A stretch of DNA of 48,026 nt from the NCBI GenBank assembly GCA_964432085.1, contig CAYSME010000001.1:1-48026 (forward strand), written 5' to 3'. The notes beneath the pieces are model-generated. The model did not search any database, had not been told where the DNA came from, and worked only from the letters and a program-made list of their open reading frames with translations. A program made the position numbers and the translations under genes. The number at the start of each line of letters is the position of its first letter. Position 1 is the stretch's first letter. This document shows, one piece after another, positions 8,923 to 17,773 of this stretch. The DNA comes from an uncultured Gammaproteobacteria bacterium (GTDB lineage: Bacteria; Patescibacteriota; Microgenomatia; UBA12405).

Positions 8923-10034
8923 TTATTGGTATCGATGGCAACGAAGCTAATATAAAAAATCGAGTTGGTGTAGGTCAATATGCCTTCAATCTTCTAAAAA
9001 ATATTTATTTGTTGGATCAAAAAAACCAATATATCATTTATCTAAAAGACCAACCATTACCAGATTTACCAAAAGTTAGGCATAATTGGCAATATAAAGT
9101 TTTTGGGCCTCAAAAACTTTGGACGAGATTTACGCTGCCCTTTCATCTGTTTACAGAAAAAGTAGCCCTAAATCTTTTTTATTCTCCTAGTCATTATTCC
9201 CCTCAATTTGCTCCTTGCCCAACCATCCCTACTATCCATGATCTTGGTTATCTACAATTTCAAAATCAATTTACTCCAAAAGACCTCTATCAATTAATTA
9301 ATTGGACTAAAACATCCATCAAAAAAGCAACTCATATCATCACAGTTTCTAATTTTTCTAAAACCGAAATCGAAAAAATATACCAAATTGATCCTCAAAA
9401 AATAACCATTGCTTACAATGGTGTTGAAGAGCCATTAAAAATTGATGATAAAAAACAAAAAGAAATTTTAAAATTTTACGATTTACAATCTAAATCCTAC
9501 TATTTATATTTAGGTACCTTAAAACCCAATAAAAACATTCCCTTTTTAATTAGATCTTTTGCTCAATTTTTAAAAATAACTGATCAAGAAACCAAATTAG
9601 TCATCGCTGGTAAAAAAGGTTGGCTTTTCGATGAAATTTTTGCCACCATTAAAAAAGAGGGAATAGAAGACAATATTATTTTTACCGATTTTATTGATAA
9701 CTCTCAAAAAACTGTCTTATATCAAAATGCTAAAGCTTTAATTATGCCTAGCACTTACGAAGGATTTGGTATTCCCGTCATTGAAGCTATGAAACTAAAT
9801 ACCCCTGTAATTTCCAGCAATATTTCACCATTAAAAGAAGTAATTGAAAACAACGGTTTTTATTTTGACCCTACCAATCAAGAAGAATTAATTCATCAAT
9901 TAATTAATTTTGAAAAGCTTAATTCAAAAGAAATTAAAAAGATAACAGATAAGGCCAAAATCCGAGCTGATTTTTTCACTTGGAAACAAACCGCTCAATC
10001 CGTCCTTTCCGTTTTTGAAAAATTTAAAAAATAA
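8919..10034 (+). CDS. glycosyltransferase family 4
   Basis: MIIGIDGN start and PSTYEGFGIPVIEAMKLNTPVISSNISPLKEV. ATGA overlap with the upstream gene. Confidence 0.85.
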   Translation: MIIGIDGNEANIKNRVGVGQYAFNLLKNIYLLDQKNQYIIYLKDQPLPDLPKVRHNWQYKVFGPQKLWTRFTLPFHLFTEKVALNLFYSPSHYSPQFAPCPTIPTIHDLGYLQFQNQFTPKDLYQLINWTKTSIKKATHIITVSNFSKTEIEKIYQIDPQKITIAYNGVEEPLKIDDKKQKEILKFYDLQSKSYYLYLGTLKPNKNIPFLIRSFAQFLKITDQETKLVIAGKKGWLFDEIFATIKKEGIEDNIIFTDFIDNSQKTVLYQNAKALIMPSTYEGFGIPVIEAMKLNTPVISSNISPLKEVIENNGFYFDPTNQEELIHQLINFEKLNSKEIKKITDKAKIRADFFTWKQTAQSVLSVFEKFKK

Positions 10035-10038
10035 GACT

Positions 10039-10087
10039 TCTCCCTTTCTTTAAGGGGAGATGTCCCGATTCATCGGGACAGAGGGGT
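10039..10087. repeat. GC-rich double-hairpin mini-element, copy F (intergenic)
   Basis: CTCCCTTtctttAAGGGGAG-at-GTCCCGATtcATCGGGAC-agaggggt. It lies between the GT4 stop (10034) and the likely acetyltransferase start (10111). Confidence 0.65.
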
Positions 10088-10110
10088 TTAAATCTGATAA
10101 AATTTACAAT

Positions 10111-10704
10111 ATGAAAGACCGTACCGGTAAAAATTTAAATTCACCAGAAATTTCTCAAAAAATTATTAATCGCATCAAAACTATTTGTCTTGAATTTTGG
10201 CTATTAGTTTTACGAATTGTTGGAATCATTCCTCTTCATTTCATTAGAAAAATTTTCTATATTGCCTCTGGGATCAATATGCCATGGAATTCCACTATTC
10301 ATATCGGTGCTAATTTTTTTAAACCTTCCAATATTAAAATCGGCCACGACACCATCATTGGTGATCATTGTTTCTTAGACGGCCGAGCCAAACTAACCAT
10401 CGGAAACCATGTCGGCATTGCCAGTCAAGTTTTGATCTACAATGACGAACATAATATTCATTCTGATAATTATGAAAATTCTTTTGGTCCAGTTGAAATT
10501 GGAGATTATGTTTTTATCGGCCCCCGAGCCATAATTTTACCCAACATAAAAATTGGTAAAGGCGCCGTTGTTGCCGCCGGAGCTGTTGTTACCAAAGATA
10601 TTCCTGATTTTGAAATTTGGGGTGGAATTCCTGCCAAAAAAATAGGGGATAGAGAAAACAAAAAACCAAATTATAAACTTGGTCGTGCCATGTTATTTCA
10701 GTAA
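10111..10704 (+). CDS. hexapeptide-repeat (left-handed beta-helix) O-acetyltransferase
   Basis: IGHDTIIGDHCFLDG, IGNHVGIASQV, IGDYVFIGPRAIILPNIKIGKGAVVAAGAVVTKDIP and WGGIPAKKI. The start was moved from 10060 to ATG 10111 because the first 17 track codons translate repeat element F. Confidence 0.75.
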   Translation: MKDRTGKNLNSPEISQKIINRIKTICLEFWLLVLRIVGIIPLHFIRKIFYIASGINMPWNSTIHIGANFFKPSNIKIGHDTIIGDHCFLDGRAKLTIGNHVGIASQVLIYNDEHNIHSDNYENSFGPVEIGDYVFIGPRAIILPNIKIGKGAVVAAGAVVTKDIPDFEIWGGIPAKKIGDRENKKPNYKLGRAMLFQ

Positions 10705-10705
10705 T

Positions 10706-11251
10706 ATGATTAAAAAAATATTAATTGTTTTATTTTGTCTTTTTAATATTTTTAGTATTGTTTATTTGATCAGTCCAATTCCAACTCCTCCATATTTAGT
10801 TAACAGCGTCAAATCAGATCTACCCGGCGACACCACTCAAAGGAAAAATATTTCCGCCTACTACACCAACATGACCAGAACCGAAGTTATGAATTTTTAT
10901 AAAGCTTACTATAGTGGTCCATTCAGAATTATTCTTAATCATCCTCCTGAAAAAGCTAAGGACATAATTGTTGACACAATCCAAACTTATTATTTTGAAG
11001 AATATATCTTACCTTTCAAAGAATCTCTTTTTATTAATGGTTTTGAATGGGAAAATGATGTTTTTACTAAACCGGAAAAAAGAATTGTCAACAAACTTCT
11101 TTTTAAAGGCAAAGAATACAAAGCCAAAATCACTATCAAAACTGTACCTACCTCTAAAACTAAACGTATTACTGCTTTTTTATTCTCCGAAATTTCGGTT
11201 ATTTTAATAATCTGTGTTTATAAATCATTTTTAAAAAAGAAATATGAATAA
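10706..11251 (+). CDS. hypothetical membrane protein (N- and C-terminal TM helices)
   Basis: No recognisable family. The start was set to ATG 10706 (MIKKILIVLF), directly after the upstream stop. Confidence 0.5.
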   Translation: MIKKILIVLFCLFNIFSIVYLISPIPTPPYLVNSVKSDLPGDTTQRKNISAYYTNMTRTEVMNFYKAYYSGPFRIILNHPPEKAKDIIVDTIQTYYFEEYILPFKESLFINGFEWENDVFTKPEKRIVNKLLFKGKEYKAKITIKTVPTSKTKRITAFLFSEISVILIICVYKSFLKKKYE

Positions 11252-12194
11252 TCCAATTCTCTCGATAATTATCCTATCGTTTAATACCAGCCAAATAACT
11301 ATCGACTGTCTCCGATCTATTTTCCAAGACAAGGGCCTTAAAGAAATTCCTTTTGAAATCATTATCATCGACAATGACTCCAAAGATGATTCTATTTCTC
11401 AAATCAAAAAATTTAAAAAATCATTAAAAAGTGAAAATTGTGAAATAAAAATTATAGAAAATAAATTCAATGGTGGTTTTGGTAAAGCCAATAATCAAGG
11501 CATAAAAATTGCCAAAGGCAATTATATTTTATTATTAAATTCTGACACCATCATTCTTCATTCTGCTATTAGTCAGTCATTAAACTGGCTCTGTTCTCAC
11601 CCCGAAGTTTCTGTTTGTACCGCTCAGCTATTAAACAAAGACAAAACCATCCAGGCTTCAGGTGGTTTTTTTCCAAATCTTTCGAATATTTTTGCTTGGT
11701 GTTTAAACTTAGACGATTTACCCTTTTTTAATAAAATCATCAAACCTTTTCATCCCCACACTCCTAATTTTTACACCCACGACAAATTTTTTCTAAAAGA
11801 CCATCAACAGGACTGGGTTACTGGTGCTTTTATGTTGATTCGCGCCTCACATTTAAAACCAACTGGTGGTTTTGATGAAAATTATTTTATGTATGGCGAA
11901 GAGGTTGAACTTTCTTATCGCATCAAAAAACAAAACCCTGAATTCCAAACTTGGTATTTAATCGGTCCTCAAATTATTCATCTAGGTGGAGCTTCAGCTC
12001 AAAACAGAATTGATCCCCTAATAAACGAATATCGAGGAGTTTTATCTTTCTTTAAAAAACACAAAAGCGATTTCCAATATAAAATTGTCAAACATTTAAT
12101 CAAATTCAATGCTTTTAGCCGCGGCATTATATACTCTTTAAGAGGTAATAAAAACACTGCCTCTCTTTACTTCCAAATATGTTCAAAAATATAA
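11244..12194 (+). CDS. glycosyltransferase family 2
   Basis: LSIIILSFNTSQITIDCLRSI, IIIIDNDSKDDS, LLLNSDT and MYGEEVELSYR. Confidence 0.85.
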   Translation: MNNPILSIIILSFNTSQITIDCLRSIFQDKGLKEIPFEIIIIDNDSKDDSISQIKKFKKSLKSENCEIKIIENKFNGGFGKANNQGIKIAKGNYILLLNSDTIILHSAISQSLNWLCSHPEVSVCTAQLLNKDKTIQASGGFFPNLSNIFAWCLNLDDLPFFNKIIKPFHPHTPNFYTHDKFFLKDHQQDWVTGAFMLIRASHLKPTGGFDENYFMYGEEVELSYRIKKQNPEFQTWYLIGPQIIHLGGASAQNRIDPLINEYRGVLSFFKKHKSDFQYKIVKHLIKFNAFSRGIIYSLRGNKNTASLYFQICSKI

Positions 12195-13591
12195 AGATAA
12201 ATATTTTTCGACCAATAATTGCCATTTTAATTTTATTTATTCCTTTATATCCCAAATTTCCTTTAACTAACGTTGATGGCACTTATGTTGCCATTCGTCT
12301 TGACGACATCGTCATCGCCCTAACTATTTTAATTTGGTGTATTTATCAAATTATTCACAAATTTCCCGTTTTTAAATTAAAAATAACAAAATTATTTTTA
12401 GCCTATTTTATAGCCATAATTGCCAGTTTTGTCACTGCTTTTTTAGTCTATCAAATCGACTCCACTAATCTATTAATCCTTCATCTTGCCCGACGTTTTG
12501 AATATATTTCCCTATTTTTCATTGCTCTTCAGAGTTTCAAAACAAAACAAGATTTAAAATTTAGTTACATTTTTCTTTTAATTTCTACCTTTTTTATTAG
12601 TGTCTACGGTTATGGTCAAAAATATTTCCATCTCCCAGTCATTTCCACTATGAATGAAGAATTTTCCAAAGGTCAACTTCTTCAAATGAGCACTTGGACC
12701 CGTATCAGCGCCACTTTCGCCGGACACTACGATTTAGCCGCTTTTCTAAGTGTAGTTTTAATAATCATCGCTGTTGTTTTTATTTTGAATAAAAATAAAT
12801 GGATTAAAATATCAAGTTTTATAGTTTGGATAGTTACTTATCCGATTCTTACTTTTACTGCATCCAGAGTTTCTATTTTTGCTTTTTTGGGTGGAATTGT
12901 ATTCACTCTTGTTGCTCTAAAAAAATATTTTTGGACTATACCTTTTGTTATTATCGTAATTTTCAGTATGTTCAATTCTGATGATTTAAGTCAAAGACTC
13001 CTAGCCACCATTCCTGCCTTCAAGCAACAAATATCCAAAACTACCAATCCATCAATAACTCCCACTGCCACTCCAACTCCAACAACTGCACCAATTGCCA
13101 TAATATCTCAAAGTCCTATTTCTCAAAAATTAACCCCCACTCCCACAATTATCCGCCACACCTCTACTGAGGTTTATCCCACTGTCGATGTTGACGCTGG
13201 TGTTGCTCGTTCCGGAGAAATTCGTTTTAATGTTGAATGGCCCAGAGCTATCAGAGCTTTTAAGAAAAACCCCCTAACCGGAACCGGACTCGGCTCCATT
13301 ACTCTTGCCACCGATAATGATTATCTCCGTGCTTTAGGTGAAAGTGGTATTTTAGGTTTCATAACTTTTACTATAATTCAATTATTTTTTATAATAAAAA
13401 CTGTTCCTTTTATTTTTAAGAAAAAACAAACATCTCAACAACAAATTTCTATCTTATTTTTAGGCTGTCTTTTAACCACCTTAGCCAACGCTATTTTTAT
13501 AGACGTTTTTGAAGCCTCAAAAACTGCTTATCTTTTTTGGATAATGATGGCTTTCTATTATCAATTGCTAAATTTAAAAAATGAAAAATAA
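12179..13591 (+). CDS. O-antigen ligase / Wzy-like polytopic membrane protein
   Basis: More than 10 TM helices, a central loop after FTASRVSIFAFLGG, and a GTGLGS motif near the C-terminal helices. Contains a Thr/Pro-rich linker (TPTATPTPTTAP ... TPTPT). Confidence 0.6.
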   Translation: MFKNIKINIFRPIIAILILFIPLYPKFPLTNVDGTYVAIRLDDIVIALTILIWCIYQIIHKFPVFKLKITKLFLAYFIAIIASFVTAFLVYQIDSTNLLILHLARRFEYISLFFIALQSFKTKQDLKFSYIFLLISTFFISVYGYGQKYFHLPVISTMNEEFSKGQLLQMSTWTRISATFAGHYDLAAFLSVVLIIIAVVFILNKNKWIKISSFIVWIVTYPILTFTASRVSIFAFLGGIVFTLVALKKYFWTIPFVIIVIFSMFNSDDLSQRLLATIPAFKQQISKTTNPSITPTATPTPTTAPIAIISQSPISQKLTPTPTIIRHTSTEVYPTVDVDAGVARSGEIRFNVEWPRAIRAFKKNPLTGTGLGSITLATDNDYLRALGESGILGFITFTIIQLFFIIKTVPFIFKKKQTSQQQISILFLGCLLTTLANAIFIDVFEASKTAYLFWIMMAFYYQLLNLKNEK

Positions 13592-14792
13592 AAGAAAGAT
13601 TTTAATGATTACTCCTTATCTCCCTCGTCGGGCTCAATCTGGAGGTCAAAATAGTTCTTATTATTCAATAAAATATTTAGCCGATGAAAACGATATCACT
13701 TTAATTTGTTTTAGTCGTGACCAAGAAGGCCTAGAAGAAATCAAACCTTTTTGTAAAAAAGTTATAGTGGTTAAACGTGGTAAAACCTGGGATTTTAAAA
13801 AAATTCTTTACACTGGTTTTAGCACCTATCCATTCCTTGTTACTAACTATATCAGTAAAGATCTTAATCAAACTATTAGTCAAGAATTAAATAATGATAA
13901 ATACGATTTAATCCATTGTGAATGTTTCTATTTAATGCCTAACATTCCAAAAACTAAAATACCTATTGTTCTTGTTGATCAAACCATAGAATTTGCAGTC
14001 TATGAACATTATATAAAAACAGTTAAAGGTATAAGAAAGATTTTGTATCCATTTTTATGGTTCGACGTTTTAAAACTTAAACACTGGGAAACATATTATT
14101 GGAAAAATACCCATACTGTTGTTGCCTTTGGAGAAGAAGATCAAAAAATAATTGCCAAAATTACCGGTAGAAACGACATAAAACTTTTTGATAATGGCGT
14201 TGATAATAAATATTTTGAGTCAAAACCAAAAACATCAAAAAGTGAAACCCCTTCAATCCTTTTTGGTGTTTCTAATATGAAATGGATGCAAAACCGAGAA
14301 TCTGTTGAAATGATCATAAAAGATTCTTGGCCGGAAATTAAAAAGGCAATTCCCGATTGTAAACTCTATATCATCGGACGATTAGCGCCAGATTACTATG
14401 GACATTACCGTTCAAAAGATGTCATAGTAGAGGAAGCTGATTTTGATGGAAAACCCCACGACCCCATGTATTACTACCAATATTGTTGGATCTTGGTTGC
14501 CCCAATGGGCAGTGGTGGAGGTAGTCGCAATAAATTTTTGGAAGCTATGGCTTGTCGTCTTCCTATTATCACCACACCAGAAGGTATGGGTGGAATTAAA
14601 ATTGAAAACTACAAACAATCAATCGTTTGTAAATATGAAGATGTTGCCAAAAACACCATTGATCTTCTGAAAGATAATAAAAAAAGAATCACTATGGGTA
14701 ACGAAGCTAATAAGCTTATTAGTGGTAGATATTCCTATCAAAATAGTGTTAAAGGTCTAAATCAAATTTATAAAGAAATTAACAAAAAATAA
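13581..14792 (+). CDS. glycosyltransferase family 4-like (GT-B)
   Basis: ILMITPYLPRRAQSGGQNS at the N-terminus and GSGGGSRNKFLEAMACRLPIITTPEGMGGI at the C-terminus. Confidence 0.75.
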   Translation: MKNKRKILMITPYLPRRAQSGGQNSSYYSIKYLADENDITLICFSRDQEGLEEIKPFCKKVIVVKRGKTWDFKKILYTGFSTYPFLVTNYISKDLNQTISQELNNDKYDLIHCECFYLMPNIPKTKIPIVLVDQTIEFAVYEHYIKTVKGIRKILYPFLWFDVLKLKHWETYYWKNTHTVVAFGEEDQKIIAKITGRNDIKLFDNGVDNKYFESKPKTSKSETPSILFGVSNMKWMQNRESVEMIIKDSWPEIKKAIPDCKLYIIGRLAPDYYGHYRSKDVIVEEADFDGKPHDPMYYYQYCWILVAPMGSGGGSRNKFLEAMACRLPIITTPEGMGGIKIENYKQSIVCKYEDVAKNTIDLLKDNKKRITMGNEANKLISGRYSYQNSVKGLNQIYKEINKK

Positions 14793-14793
14793 A

Positions 14794-15705
14794 ATGGATT
14801 TATCAGTCATAATTTTAAATTATAATTCTCGTGATTATCTTAAAAAATGTCTAGAAAGCATTTCTAAATCCAATATTGGTAACTATAAATATGAAATTAT
14901 TATTGTCGATAATAATTCTTCCGATGACAGTATTGAGTCAGCAAAAACAGTCAAATCTTCAAATTTTCATTTTTTAGAACTAAAAGATAATAGGGGATTT
15001 GCTCACGGCAATAATCAAGGATTACTAAAAATAGACCCTAAAACCAGATTTGTTCTTTTTTTAAACCCCGACACTATTGTTGAAAAAGACACTTTCAAAA
15101 AAATGATCGAATTTTTTGATCAAAATAAAGATGTCGATGCCGCCACTTGCCAAATTAATTTAGCCCTCACTGGTAAAATGCAGCCAGAATGCCATCGTGG
15201 ATTCCCCACTCCTTGGAATTCCTTTTGTTATTTTTCCGGCCTATCCAAACTATTTCCTAAATCAAAAACTTTTTCTGGTTATTTTATGGGCAATTTAGAT
15301 TTAAAAACCCCTCATAAAATCGATGCTTGTGTTGGAGCTTTTCTAATGGTTAAAAAAGAAGTTGGAGACAAAGTTAATTGGTGGAACGAAAAATACTTTT
15401 TTTATGGTGAAGATCTTGATTTTTGTTATCAAATCAAGAAAAACAATTTCAATTTATATTTTAATCCAAATTGCAAAATTACCCATTTTCAAGGAGTTTC
15501 TTCCGGATTAATTTCCAAAACTAAAAAAATTTCCAAAGCCTCCCGCGAAACCAAAATCAAAGTTGCCAAAGCCAGCACTAATGCTATGAGAATTTTTTAC
15601 CAAGAAAATTTATTTTCTCAATATTCAATCATCACTAAACTTTTAGTTATGTTTGGTATTAAAATACTAGAGCTTCAAAGAATCTTCAAAGCCAAATATT
15701 TATAA
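14794..15705 (+). CDS. glycosyltransferase family 2
   Basis: LSVIILNYNSRDYLKKCLESI, IIIVDNNSSDDS, FLNPDT and FYGEDLDFCYQ. Confidence 0.85.
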   Translation: MDLSVIILNYNSRDYLKKCLESISKSNIGNYKYEIIIVDNNSSDDSIESAKTVKSSNFHFLELKDNRGFAHGNNQGLLKIDPKTRFVLFLNPDTIVEKDTFKKMIEFFDQNKDVDAATCQINLALTGKMQPECHRGFPTPWNSFCYFSGLSKLFPKSKTFSGYFMGNLDLKTPHKIDACVGAFLMVKKEVGDKVNWWNEKYFFYGEDLDFCYQIKKNNFNLYFNPNCKITHFQGVSSGLISKTKKISKASRETKIKVAKASTNAMRIFYQENLFSQYSIITKLLVMFGIKILELQRIFKAKYL

Positions 15706-15747
15706 TCTAATATCTTCTAATATGTTCTAATATGTTCTAGAATATTC
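15704..15747 (+). promoter_or_regulatory. four tandem ~10-bp repeats (TTCTAATAT-like) immediately upstream of fic; contains -10-like hexamers
   Basis: aatCTAATAT-cTTCTAATAT-gTTCTAATAT-gTTCTAGAATAT, with one-helical-turn periodicity. TAGAAT lies 6 nt before the ATG at 15750. Confidence 0.5.
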
Positions 15748-15749
15748 TT

Positions 15750-16646
15750 ATGAACGATTATAATGATCATATTATTCAAATCGAAGCCCTAAAACTTTAT
15801 TTTGAAAAACTCGACACTCATCAAACTATCAAAAAAAATATTCTCCGTAATTCTTTGTTAAAGAGTGCTAGATTTTCAAGCAAAATAGAAGGTACTGACT
15901 CAAAATTAGAGATAAATAATCTTTATAAAGCCTACGTATATGTTACTTCTAAAAAATCACCTCAAAAATTATCTTTAAATTTATTTAAAGAACTTCATAA
16001 AATTGTTTTAAAAAATATTTCTTCAGATTGTGGTAATTTTAGAACTGATCCTTGTGCCATTTATAATACTGCCGGTGTTGCTATTTATTTAGCTCCTCCA
16101 GCCCAAAAAGTCATTAAATTACTTGATGATCTAATAGAAGAAATAAACAATAGTAAAGATCATTGTTTAATTAAAGCTGCTATTTTTCAATTTAAATTTG
16201 AAAAAATTCATCCATTTTTAGATGGTAATGGCCGTATTGGTCGACTTATTTCTTATTTAATTTTATATAAAAATGGTTTTTCCTTTAACGGTTATTTATC
16301 ACCAGAAGAATACATAAACAAATACCGTGAAATTTATTATGATTGTTTAGACTCAGATAAAAATTATCAACCCTTTATTAAATTCTTTTTAGAATCCATT
16401 TTAAATCAAATCAAAATAAGTTTTAATGATTTTAAAAATCCAAGTAACCTCAATCATCTTTTACCTCGCCGCCGTGAAATTTTTGAAATAATAAAAGATC
16501 ATCCTAATTGTTCTTTTGATTTTATCAGTCGTCGTTTTACTAAAATTAACCCTAAAACACTTCACTATGACTTATCTCAATTACAAAAAGAAAAATTAAT
16601 TATGAAAGCTGGTATTTCTCGTGGTGTTACTTATGTTATAAAATAA
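15750..16646 (+). CDS. Fic family protein (class II, N-terminal inhibitory helix) with C-terminal winged-HTH-like domain
   Basis: Canonical Fic motif HPFLDGNGRIGR. N-terminal (S/T)xxxE(G/N) inhibitory motif SSKIEG at aa 43-48. The C-terminal REIFEIIKDHPN ... LSQLQKEKLI resembles a wHTH. Confidence 0.9.
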   Translation: MNDYNDHIIQIEALKLYFEKLDTHQTIKKNILRNSLLKSARFSSKIEGTDSKLEINNLYKAYVYVTSKKSPQKLSLNLFKELHKIVLKNISSDCGNFRTDPCAIYNTAGVAIYLAPPAQKVIKLLDDLIEEINNSKDHCLIKAAIFQFKFEKIHPFLDGNGRIGRLISYLILYKNGFSFNGYLSPEEYINKYREIYYDCLDSDKNYQPFIKFFLESILNQIKISFNDFKNPSNLNHLLPRRREIFEIIKDHPNCSFDFISRRFTKINPKTLHYDLSQLQKEKLIMKAGISRGVTYVIK

Positions 16647-16651
16647 AAACT

Positions 16652-17773
16652 ATGAAGTACAAAACAAAACACATCGTTATTGATGCTCGCCTTTACGGAC
16701 CAAAACACACCGGTATTGGTCGCTATACCAAAAATCTTCTTAAGGCTTTAATTAAATCTCCTGATTTCAAAAAATATAAATTTACTTTAATTATTTACAA
16801 AAATCTTGAAGAAGAAATTAAAAAAGATTTAGGAAACAATTTTAATTACTTTACTACCAATATTAAGCACTATTCCCTAAGTGAACAGCTTTTTTTACCT
16901 TTTATAATTTATAGTCTAAAACCAGATTTAGTCCATTTCACTCATTTCAATAAACCAATCCTTTATTTTCCCAAATCTGTCATAACTATTCACGACTTAA
17001 TTAAACATTTTTTTAAAGGGAAAAATACCACCACGCGAAGTCAATTTTTATATAAAATAAAATATTTTGGTTATTTAATTTTAATCCGCACCATTGTCAC
17101 CAGAAATCAAATAATTGTCCCCAGTAATTTTTGGCGTGATTTTTTAATTCAAAAATATCATCTTAAAAATTCTCAAGTTGTCACCACCCACGAAGCTGTC
17201 GATCCTATTTTTCTAGCTAAAATTAATGATGAGGCCATCGAAAAAAAACCAGAAAATTATTTAATCTACACCGGAAATTTATACCCACACAAAAATATAA
17301 TTGTCCTTTTAAGAGCCTTAAAACATTTACCAGATGTCAATCTAAAAATTATCTGTGCTCGCAGTTTTTTTAGCGAAAAATTAACTAAACAAATTAAACA
17401 TTTCAAACTAAAAAAACAAGTCGAACTTCTTGGTTACCTTGATGATAAACAGTTTAAAGAAGTCTATAAAAATGCTCTAGCTCTGGTTCATCCATCTTTA
17501 ATGGAGGGTTTTAGTCTAACCGGTCTTGAAGCCATGGCTCTAAATTGTCCAGTAATTTCATCAAATTCCAGTTGTCTTCCTGAAATTTATGGCGATTCAG
17601 TTTTATATTTTGATCCTTATAATCCTGAAGATTTAATTGAAAAAATTAACCAATTAAAAGATAATCCAGACCTGCGTCAAAAATTAATTAATCTTGGACA
17701 TCAACAACTTAAGAAATACTCTTGGGACAAAACTGCCAAATTAACCATGGCAGTTTATAAAAAATTTTTATGA
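16652..17773 (+). CDS. glycosyltransferase family 4
   Basis: PSLMEGFSLTGLEAMALNCPVISSNSSCLPEIYGDSVLYFDP. Confidence 0.85.
   Translation: MKYKTKHIVIDARLYGPKHTGIGRYTKNLLKALIKSPDFKKYKFTLIIYKNLEEEIKKDLGNNFNYFTTNIKHYSLSEQLFLPFIIYSLKPDLVHFTHFNKPILYFPKSVITIHDLIKHFFKGKNTTTRSQFLYKIKYFGYLILIRTIVTRNQIIVPSNFWRDFLIQKYHLKNSQVVTTHEAVDPIFLAKINDEAIEKKPENYLIYTGNLYPHKNIIVLLRALKHLPDVNLKIICARSFFSEKLTKQIKHFKLKKQVELLGYLDDKQFKEVYKNALALVHPSLMEGFSLTGLEAMALNCPVISSNSSCLPEIYGDSVLYFDPYNPEDLIEKINQLKDNPDLRQKLINLGHQQLKKYSWDKTAKLTMAVYKKFL

Noticed and set aside
10060-10110. N-terminal extension MSRFIGTEGFKSDKIYN of the acetyltransferase ORF.
   Set aside because: These codons are the translation of hairpin element F (GTCCCGATTCATCGGGAC etc.). 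An in-frame ATG at 10111 gives a normal protein start.
13039-13150. Thr/Pro-rich tract (TPTATPTPTTAP ... TPTPT) in the O-antigen-ligase-like protein as a separate element or repeat insertion.
   Set aside because: It reads as an ordinary low-complexity extracytoplasmic linker, in frame and without DNA-level repeat identity or hairpins. It is noted only as a possible glycosylation-prone linker.
15704-15747. Possible CRISPR array or minisatellite.
   Set aside because: There are only four units of about 10 bp with no spacers. This is far too short and contiguous for CRISPR, so it is interpreted as promoter/operator repeats.
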